Positions 45,167-52,703 of a stretch of DNA of 64,000 nucleotides are shown here, one piece after another. The stretch is from Candidatus Eiseniibacteriota bacterium (GTDB taxonomy: Bacteria; Eisenbacteria; RBG-16-71-46; CAVPCR01), in assembly GCA_963702435.1 (NCBI GenBank), contig CAVPCR010000001.1, positions 960,001 through 1,024,000 on the forward strand, in the 5' to 3' direction. The notes under the pieces were generated by a model. The model had not been told where the DNA came from, made no database searches, and saw only the letters and a program-made list of their open reading frames with translations. A program made the position numbers and the translations under genes. The number at the start of each line of letters is the position of its first letter. The stretch's first letter is position 1.

Positions 45167-45745
45167 ATGCAGCGCGTCGCATCGGTCGCATCGGATAGGA
45201 GCCGCCGCAGTCGGACGTGGTTCGTCATTCTCGTGTCGATCGCGATCGGCATCACGATCGGCCGGTCGCCGCAGGCGATGCCGCCCGGCGGCGGCGGCGG
45301 TGAACAGCCATTCGAACCGGATTCGGCCATGGTGCCGGCGCCGGGCGCCGAGCGCCGGGCGATCTCACCGGCCGACACGACGTACGTCTTCGTGATCGAG
45401 ACCGGGAGCCGCCTGTATCCGGAGTGGAAAGAAGAGAACCGGGTCCGTCTCAATCAGATCTTCTACATCGCGGACAGCAAGTTCACGGCCCGGGTGACGC
45501 GGTTCTTGCCGGATTTTCGCATCGACAAGGGCCAGTTCGTGTCGGCGTCCGATTCGCTCAAGAACCCGGCTGTCCATGTTTTTGTCTTCAGTGATTCGGG
45601 TGCCGTGGACTCGACGTGGGCCTTTCAGAACTTCCCGCCGCACTTCTCGCCGCGCTCGTTCTATAGTTTCAAGCTCAAGGACGTCTTGACGAGTGACACG
45701 GCTTCGCCCTCCCCGCCCCCCGCAGCGGAGACGAAGGAGAACTAG
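45167..45745 (+). CDS. Exported/membrane-anchored protein with a DUF2155/ResB-like motif
   Basis: AAGGAG RBS, N-terminal TM, FLPDF...SASDSLKNPAVHV...WAFQNFP. Family call is from recall. Confidence 0.55.
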   Translation: MQRVASVASDRSRRSRTWFVILVSIAIGITIGRSPQAMPPGGGGGEQPFEPDSAMVPAPGAERRAISPADTTYVFVIETGSRLYPEWKEENRVRLNQIFYIADSKFTARVTRFLPDFRIDKGQFVSASDSLKNPAVHVFVFSDSGAVDSTWAFQNFPPHFSPRSFYSFKLKDVLTSDTASPSPPPAAETKEN

Positions 45746-45747
45746 TC

Positions 45748-48700
45748 ATGATCTCGCGCGCCTGGTCAGTCCCAGGACTCAAGGCCGCCTGCATCGTCGC
45801 GGTGATGGTCATCGCCGCGCTCTTCACCCTCGCCGCCTCCGACGCAGCCGCGGCCGGCCGGCCCTGCTACGACTGCCACAAGGACGCCCGCGAGACCTAC
45901 AAGAAGAAGATCGTCCACGATCCGGTGGCCAAGGAGAACTGCGAGTCCTGCCACAAGCGGCACGGCTTCGAGCAGAAGCTCATCCTCAACAAGGAGATCG
46001 GCGCGCTGTGCGCCGATTGCCACGGGGACGTGACGGCCAAGCCGGGAGCCGTCTCCCAGCATCTGGACAAGGCGGGCGTCAACTGCGCCTCCTGTCACGA
46101 TCCGCACGCGTCCGATACGAAGGGACTCCTGCGCGGCACCGCAGCCGACGCATGCGCGAGCTGCCACACCAAGATCCAGGCGGCGATGACCGCCAAGAAG
46201 CAGCATCAGCCGTTCGCCGAGGGGAAGTGCAACGAGTGCCACGGCGCGCATGACGCGCCCGCGGCGAAGCTGCTCCTCGCCCCCGAGAAAGAGATTTGCG
46301 CCCGCTGCCACGGCCAGACCCAGAGGTTGCCGGAACTTCATGACCGGCCCGAAGTGGCGGGCGCATCCTGTTCATCATGCCACGATCCGCACGGCGCGTC
46401 CGAGCAAAAGGGGCAGTCCTTCGTGCACGCCCCCTACGCCCAGGGCGACTGCGCGAGCTGCCACTCGGGCCTCCCGGCCGATCCGGCGGCGCTCACCGCG
46501 TCGAAGGAGGAGCTCTGCCTCACCTGCCACTCCGACGTGAAGGAGACGGCGGCGGCCCCCGGCGGCCATCCGCCCGCGGCGGCCGGCGAGTGCCTCTCCT
46601 GCCACAACCCGCACAACTCCGACCGCGCGGCGCTCCTCCGCGGCAGCGGTGAGGACCTGTGCATGGCGTGCCACGGCGGCATGCGCGATCAGCTCGCGCT
46701 GGAGTCGGCACACACGCCGGTCAAGGAGTTCCGCTGCGATCTCTGTCACGGCGCGCACGGCGGCGAGAAGGGGATGCTGCGCCAGTCCGCCGAGGCGCTC
46801 TGTCGCTCCTGCCACGGGGACGTGCCGACCGCCGCCACTGCCGCCCTGGTCAAGCACCCGCCGATGGAGGGCGATTGCCAGGCCTGCCATGCGCCGCACG
46901 CCGCGGCGACCGCCCCGCTTCTCAAGGCGGACATGGAGGTGGTCTGCGCGAGCTGCCACGGCGGACTCACCGAGGAGCTGGCGCAGCCCGTGCAGCACCT
47001 CCCCTTCAAGGGCGGGCAGTGCAACGTCTGCCACGCGGCGCACGGCGCCGACAATGCGGGGCTTCTCTACCGCCCTGCGGCGGTGCAGTGCATGATCTGC
47101 CATCGCACGCAGGATGAGGAACGCCGGCTCCCGGCCCAGCATCCGCCGTTTGCCGAAGGGTGCGCCACCTGTCATCTGCCGCATGCGGGCAAGGAGAAGA
47201 TGCTCCTGACCGCGCGCGAGGGCGAGCTTTGCGCGAGCTGCCATGGTGGAGTGACCGCCGGAGTGACGACGGCCGAGCTGCACACCCCGGTCAAGAACGG
47301 GGAGTGCACGAAGTGCCACAGTCCCCATGCGTCGAAGAGCGCGAAGGGTCTCCTCACAGCCGAGGGCGCCGAGCTCTGCCTCTCCTGCCACACGGCGATG
47401 CGGGATGGTCTGGCCACCGGCGTGGTCCACCAGCCGGTGAAGGAGGGGCAGTGCCTCACCTGCCACGACGGGCACAAGACCAGGGACGCCGCCGGCAAGA
47501 TCCGGCTCGTGAAGACCTGCGAGTCCTGTCACGACCCCGCCTCGTCGGAGCTCCGGAAGGCGCACCGCGAGTACGTGGTCGCGGCCGGCACCTGCGGCGA
47601 CTGCCACGATCCGCACCGGAGCGACAGCCGCGGGCTCATCCGCGCGACGAAGCACCAGCCCTTCGTCGAGGGAGACTGCACGACCTGCCACAATACGCCG
47701 GTCCCCGGCATGAAGCCCGAGCTCGTATCCACCCAGATCGAGCTCTGCGGCTCATGCCACGGCGCGACCGAGAAACCGCCGGCGCCGCTCGGACTCCACG
47801 CCCCGGTCGAGATGGGCCAGTGCTCGAGCTGTCACAACGCGCACGCGACCGGCACGGCGAAGCTCCTCAAGGAGGACACGCCGGGAGTCTGCGCCGGGTG
47901 CCACGGCGACGTGGTGCAGGCGGCGGCCACGGCGAAGGCGGAGCTCGTTCATGCGCCCGTCCGCGATGGCGACTGCCGGAGCTGCCACGGCGGGCACTCG
48001 GGCGTGATGCCCGGCCTCCTCACCAAGCCGGCGCTGGCGCTGTGCGCCGAGTGCCACAAGGACGTGGCGGAGCGTGCGAAGGGTGTGAACGCGCACAAGC
48101 CGGCGCGGGACGGCCAGTGCAAGAGCTGCCACGAACCGCATGTCGGCAAGGCAAAGGGGCTTCTCACTTCGGCCTCGGTGACCGAAAGCTGCGCCAAGTG
48201 CCACGACATGAAGGCTGCCGCCTTCACCACCGCGCATCGGGGCTACGAGGCCGGGACTGGCGACTGCACCCTGTGCCACGACCCGCACGGCTCGGGGAAG
48301 AAGGGTCTCCTTCTCGCCAACACGCATGCGCCGTACGCCGAGAACAACTGCGCGGCGTGCCACTCCGGAACGAAGGGGCTCGTCGCGGAGGGCATCGGGC
48401 TATGCGCCACCTGTCACGACGCGCACGCCCAGGATGCGGCGAAGAAGGTGACGCACGCGCCGCTCAAGACCAAGGAGGCGTGCCTCGCCTGCCACTCTCC
48501 GCACCTGGCGAAGACCGCCTCGCTGCTCCGGCGGGACGACGTGCAGAAGACCTGTCTCTCGTGCCATGACCGCGGGATGTTCGCTAAGAAGGTGCAGCAT
48601 CCCAATGTCCAGGACTGCTCGACGTGCCACAACCCGCACGGGAGCGAGACGAAGGGCATCCTCGTCGACAAGCAGGTCGCGCTGTGCTCGACCTGTCACA

Positions 48701-48984
48701 ACCCGGATGAGAAGCACACTCATCCGTACTCGGGGCCGGCGATCGATCCGCGGACTGGGGACGAGTTGAACTGCACATCCTGCCACGATCCGCACTCGAC
48801 CGATCTTCCGCAGCTCCTCGCCTACGGCAAGGACCGCCAGCTCTGCGTGCAATGCCACACCGGCCAGAACATGGAGGTCAAGAAGTCGCGGAAGGCGGTG
48901 AGTCAGCCGGAAGCGGGGAAGCCGGCGCCGGCGAAGCCCGCGGCGCCGGCCCCCACGCCGTCCGCACCGGGCGGGACAAAGTAA
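45748..48984 (+). CDS. Giant 42-heme c-type cytochrome built from doubled-CxxCH repeats
   Basis: 42 CxxCH counted by hand in 1078 aa. Repeat HxP...CxxCHxxH...LL...CxxCH. Signal peptide and Pro/Ala/Lys tail. Confidence 0.92.
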   Translation: MISRAWSVPGLKAACIVAVMVIAALFTLAASDAAAAGRPCYDCHKDARETYKKKIVHDPVAKENCESCHKRHGFEQKLILNKEIGALCADCHGDVTAKPGAVSQHLDKAGVNCASCHDPHASDTKGLLRGTAADACASCHTKIQAAMTAKKQHQPFAEGKCNECHGAHDAPAAKLLLAPEKEICARCHGQTQRLPELHDRPEVAGASCSSCHDPHGASEQKGQSFVHAPYAQGDCASCHSGLPADPAALTASKEELCLTCHSDVKETAAAPGGHPPAAAGECLSCHNPHNSDRAALLRGSGEDLCMACHGGMRDQLALESAHTPVKEFRCDLCHGAHGGEKGMLRQSAEALCRSCHGDVPTAATAALVKHPPMEGDCQACHAPHAAATAPLLKADMEVVCASCHGGLTEELAQPVQHLPFKGGQCNVCHAAHGADNAGLLYRPAAVQCMICHRTQDEERRLPAQHPPFAEGCATCHLPHAGKEKMLLTAREGELCASCHGGVTAGVTTAELHTPVKNGECTKCHSPHASKSAKGLLTAEGAELCLSCHTAMRDGLATGVVHQPVKEGQCLTCHDGHKTRDAAGKIRLVKTCESCHDPASSELRKAHREYVVAAGTCGDCHDPHRSDSRGLIRATKHQPFVEGDCTTCHNTPVPGMKPELVSTQIELCGSCHGATEKPPAPLGLHAPVEMGQCSSCHNAHATGTAKLLKEDTPGVCAGCHGDVVQAAATAKAELVHAPVRDGDCRSCHGGHSGVMPGLLTKPALALCAECHKDVAERAKGVNAHKPARDGQCKSCHEPHVGKAKGLLTSASVTESCAKCHDMKAAAFTTAHRGYEAGTGDCTLCHDPHGSGKKGLLLANTHAPYAENNCAACHSGTKGLVAEGIGLCATCHDAHAQDAAKKVTHAPLKTKEACLACHSPHLAKTASLLRRDDVQKTCLSCHDRGMFAKKVQHPNVQDCSTCHNPHGSETKGILVDKQVALCSTCHNPDEKHTHPYSGPAIDPRTGDELNCTSCHDPHSTDLPQLLAYGKDRQLCVQCHTGQNMEVKKSRKAVSQPEAGKPAPAKPAAPAPTPSAPGGTK

Positions 48985-49015
48985 GACACGCGGGCGCACC
49001 GACCGAGAACGCAGA

Positions 49016-49055
49016 GCCGGCTGTCGGGTTCACCCCGACAGCCGGCCTTTGTTTT
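49016..49055 (+). terminator. Rho-independent terminator of the cytochrome operon
   Basis: 13-bp stem gccggctgtcggg/cccgacagccggc followed by ctttgtttt. Confidence 0.85.
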
Positions 49056-49086
49056 GGCTCAGGAGGATCGCTTGCGATGGACCGCT

Positions 49087-49686
49087 CTAGCGCGCGCCCA
49101 CCTTCTCGTACTTGGCGAAGTACTCCTTCTTGCCCTTATCGCTCGCGCCCATGGTGGTCGCGCCGGGCGTCCAGTCCATCGGGCAGACCTGATCGCCGTG
49201 CGCGGCCACGAACTGGAAGGCCTGCAGCGTGCGCATCGTCTCCTGGATCGAGCGGCCGACTGCCAGGTTGTTGATGGTCGAGTGCATCACGACGCCGTTC
49301 GGGTCGATGAGGAACATGGCGCGGAGCGCGACCGGCCCGTGGAGGACGTTGTACATCTCGGCGATCTTCCCGCCGAGATCCTCGATGAGCGGGTAGCGGA
49401 GGCCCTTGATCCCGCCCTCGGCGATCTCTTGCCTGGTCCAGTTGAGGTGCGAGAACTTCGAGTCCACCGAGCAGCCGACGACCTCGACACCGAGCTTCTT
49501 GAACTCATCGTAGTGCTGCGAGAGGGCGAGCAGCTCGGTCGGGCAAACGAAGGTGAAATCGAGCGGGTAGAAGAAGAGGACCACCCACTTGCCCTTGTGG
49601 TCGGTCAGCTTGAAGGGCTTGAACTCGCCGTTCACGACAGCCGTGGTCTCGAACTCGGGTGCCTTCTGTCCAACGATATTGGCCAT
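49087..49686 (-). CDS. ahpC: 2-Cys peroxiredoxin (AhpC/Prx1)
   Basis: FFYPLDFTFVCPTE and resolving VCP motif. Confidence 0.92.
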   Translation of the reverse strand: MANIVGQKAPEFETTAVVNGEFKPFKLTDHKGKWVVLFFYPLDFTFVCPTELLALSQHYDEFKKLGVEVVGCSVDSKFSHLNWTRQEIAEGGIKGLRYPLIEDLGGKIAEMYNVLHGPVALRAMFLIDPNGVVMHSTINNLAVGRSIQETMRTLQAFQFVAAHGDQVCPMDWTPGATTMGASDKGKKEYFAKYEKVGAR

Positions 49687-49997
49687 ACTGATCTGTCCTC
49701 ACCGGTTGGTTGGTCCGTCCTGTACACGCGGAATCCCAGAAGCGCGGTCGTCCAGCTTACCGCCGGGCCCTGGTTGGCTCCTACGACCTTTCACTTTCGG
49801 ATAGGCGGGCGGGCGCGGAGATTCGGCCGAGATGGAGAGCGGGGGCGGAACCGGGCCGCGGACGAGCGGGCTGGAGCGGGGCGGGCGCGCCGGCGCCGGA
49901 AAGCCGCACCGGGCGCGCTGAAACCGTGTAAAATGGCCCTGGAACAAGGGCTGCGAGCCTCCCCCGGTTCGAGACGCCCCTCAGCGGAGCCGACCAG

Positions 49998-50585
49998 GTG
50001 CTCGAGATCGCCCAGGCCAAGGCCGACCAGATCGGGATCGTCCGGGAGCTCTTCGTCGAGTACGCCCGGTCCCTCGGGTTCAGCCTCTGCTTCCAGGGAT
50101 TCGACCGGGAACTGGAGAGGCTACCGGGCGAGTACGCTCCGCCGGACGGTCGGCTCTTCCTGGCCGTCGTCGCGGACACCGAGCCGGAGAATGGCCGATC
50201 GGCCCCCGGAGACGAGCGCGGGGTCTCGGGGCGGGAGCACGCGGAGCGCGAGCCCGGGGGGCGGGAGCCCGGGGATCCGCCTGTCACGGAACGCGTGGCC
50301 GGCTGCATCGCTCTTCGCCGGCGCGGCGAGATAGGTGAGGGCATCTGCGAGATGAAACGGCTCTACGTCCGCCCCGCCTTCCGTGGTCATGGCGCCGGCC
50401 GTGCGCTGGCCGCGGCGGTGGTGGCCGCCGCGCGGGAAGCGGGCTACCGGCGGATGCGCCTCGACACGATCCCGGCCGAGATGGCGGCGGCCATCGGCCT
50501 CTATCGCGACCTCGGTTTCCGCGACATCCCCCCTTACTACGAGAATCCCATCCCGGGCGCGCTGTGCATGGAGCTCGAACTGTGA
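49998..50585 (+). CDS. GNAT acetyltransferase with a low-complexity insert
   Basis: LCFQGFDRELERLPGEY, CEMKRLYVRPAFRGHGAG and LYRDLGF. Confidence 0.85.
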   Translation: MLEIAQAKADQIGIVRELFVEYARSLGFSLCFQGFDRELERLPGEYAPPDGRLFLAVVADTEPENGRSAPGDERGVSGREHAEREPGGREPGDPPVTERVAGCIALRRRGEIGEGICEMKRLYVRPAFRGHGAGRALAAAVVAAAREAGYRRMRLDTIPAEMAAAIGLYRDLGFRDIPPYYENPIPGALCMELEL

Positions 50586-50622
50586 GCGGCCGGCACTCCC
50601 GAGAGCACAGGGAAGAACGGTC

Positions 50623-51987
50623 ATGAGCGAGCGCCCGTTCCTCCCGCTTCCCACGGCGAGCCCCTGGGAGCTCACGGAGTACTACCGGCGTCTCAAGGCC
50701 GCGATCATCGCGCTCGAAGCGGCCTACGAGGAAGGAGACCTCGATAGCGCGCTCGACGATCCGGAACGCGGGCTCCTCCTCGGCGGCGACATCATCGACA
50801 GCTATCGCCGGCTCCTCCGCATCCGCAAGCCGCGCGCCACCGCCTTCCGGCGCAACTCGATCCATGCGCTGCTCGAACCCGTGAAGGAACTCCTGTCCGA
50901 GCCGCGCCGCTGGTACGCGGCCAGCGACGCGACACCGGCCGAGGCGGACGGATCTCCCGGACCGAGCGGGCCGGCCGAGCCGGCAGGCGGGAACGCCGGC
51001 GCGGAAAGTGAAACGGCTACCGAGTCAGGAGAGACGAATCCCCTCCTCGATGCGGCGCCCGGTGACGGAGCCGCTCGGGCCGATGTGAGCGGAGATGACG
51101 CCAATCACTCCGAGCTCGCCGTCGCCTCGGCAGTCGATTCGGACCCGGTCTGGTGGGAGGTGCCGACGCTCGGGCCGTCCCTGGTGCAGCTCATCCGCAC
51201 GGCCGGCCCCGGGGGCCAGGTGACCCTCCGCATCGATCAGGCGATCGCAGTCCGCGCCTGGGGCATCGGGCTCGAGATCGATGACCAGCCGACCGCCGAC
51301 GCGGTGGCGACGGTGCTCCTGCGCCTCGCCATCCATCGCGTGGCGATGGACCTCCGCGGCCTCGAGGACATCGAGCGCTGGCTCGCGCGCCGGCCGATCG
51401 CCGAAGACGCGAGCGACGACATCCACATCGTGCCCGACATCCTCGGCCGGCGCTTCGAACAGCTGATGCTCGACATCCTGAACGAGCACGAGCCGATGGC
51501 GCGGCGCGCCCCGCTCGTCGAGGATTTCATCGAGAAGACCGATCTTCGCATCCAGGTGCCCGACCTGAATCGCCGCCGCGGGGCGCGCATCCAGGTGACG
51601 CAGACGACCTACCCGGAGCGGCTCGAGCAGAAGCTCGCACGCATCCGCAATCTCAAGGAGTTCATCATTCTCTCGCCGCGCTCGCTCGCCGATGCGCTGG
51701 ATCACGAGGAGGGAACGGAGCTCCTCTCACCGGCCGATCTGAGTCAATTCTGGTCGAGCTTCTCGCACCCGCCGATGACCGTGGACGAGATGGCGGCCGG
51801 CATCAAGCGCCTCTTCCGCAAGGCCATGGACCGCGGCGACGAAGATCCCCGCGGCCCGATTGCCTTCGTGCCGGAGCCGCTCCGCCGCCTGGTCGTCGCC
51901 TATGTGACGGCCGAGGCGTATCGCAGCACGTCGGAGCTTCGCGAGCGCGAGAGCCGCCAGGGTCGCTGGCACCGCCGGCGGCGGTAG
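50623..51987 (+). CDS. Hypothetical protein, possible C-terminal PD-(D/E)XK-like domain
   Basis: Coding-like codon bias from ATG 50623. GRRFEQ...EDFIEKTD...RIQVT. Confidence 0.6.
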   Translation: MSERPFLPLPTASPWELTEYYRRLKAAIIALEAAYEEGDLDSALDDPERGLLLGGDIIDSYRRLLRIRKPRATAFRRNSIHALLEPVKELLSEPRRWYAASDATPAEADGSPGPSGPAEPAGGNAGAESETATESGETNPLLDAAPGDGAARADVSGDDANHSELAVASAVDSDPVWWEVPTLGPSLVQLIRTAGPGGQVTLRIDQAIAVRAWGIGLEIDDQPTADAVATVLLRLAIHRVAMDLRGLEDIERWLARRPIAEDASDDIHIVPDILGRRFEQLMLDILNEHEPMARRAPLVEDFIEKTDLRIQVPDLNRRRGARIQVTQTTYPERLEQKLARIRNLKEFIILSPRSLADALDHEEGTELLSPADLSQFWSSFSHPPMTVDEMAAGIKRLFRKAMDRGDEDPRGPIAFVPEPLRRLVVAYVTAEAYRSTSELRERESRQGRWHRRRR

Positions 51988-52020
51988 GCCGAAGCCATCA
52001 AGCAGCCCGCGCCGCCGGGT

Positions 52021-52500
52021 CTACGGCCGCGTGCCGGCGAGGTACTCCTCGAGGCGATCGAGGAGCACGGCCTGTGCCGCGATCATCTTCTTGCGGGCGC
52101 CGCGCACCGAGAAGAAGCCGGCGCGATCCACCTCGGGGAACTCGCGCGTCTTCCCCGATCCGGGCGGCCATTCGAGCGGGAAGCTGTTGCTCACGATCGG
52201 CTCCCGGCCGTCCCAGTCGCCGGCGAAGGCCCAGGCATGCACGATCTTCCCGCTCCGCTGGGTGATGCTGCCGAGCGGGATGAACTCGCCGACGGGCTGG
52301 ATCCCCGTTTCCTCGGCGAACTCACGCACTGCCGCGGCGAGTCTGTCTTCCTGTTCGCCGACGCTGCCCTTCGGGATGCCCCAGACGCCGTCGTCCTTGC
52401 GCGCGAAGTAGGGACCGCCGGGATGCACGATGAAGACATCGAGCTGCCCGTCGCGGAACCGGTACATGAGGAGACCGGCACTCTCCTTCTTCGTCGGCAC
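52021..52500 (-). CDS. NUDIX hydrolase (predicted NTP pyrophosphohydrolase)
   Basis: VHPGGPYF, WGIPKG...AAVREFAEETG and EWPPGSG...FPEVDR. GTG 52500 (alternative 52533). Confidence 0.85.
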   Translation of the reverse strand: MPTKKESAGLLMYRFRDGQLDVFIVHPGGPYFARKDDGVWGIPKGSVGEQEDRLAAAVREFAEETGIQPVGEFIPLGSITQRSGKIVHAWAFAGDWDGREPIVSNSFPLEWPPGSGKTREFPEVDRAGFFSVRGARKKMIAAQAVLLDRLEEYLAGTRP

Positions 52501-52703
52501 TTCGCGCAGACCCTCCCGCTCCGTTCCCGTCACCCCGCAGCCGCCGCCGGGGGGCCGGCCGCCGCGCCGGGCCCCGCCTCCATCGGGCTTCGTATGCTAT
52601 GACTTCGTAAGAATATACGAGCGCGACCCCGGAGGAAACACCTTCCCGGACGGCGCGCCGGCGCACCCGGCCACCGGTGCCGCCTGCGCCTTCGCCGACA
52701 GCT

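Noticed and set aside
49940..49955. Sigma54-like TGGAACAAGGGCTGCG before the GNAT gene
   Set aside because: The -12 match is weak and a sigma70-like TAAAAT lies just upstream, so it is ambiguous.
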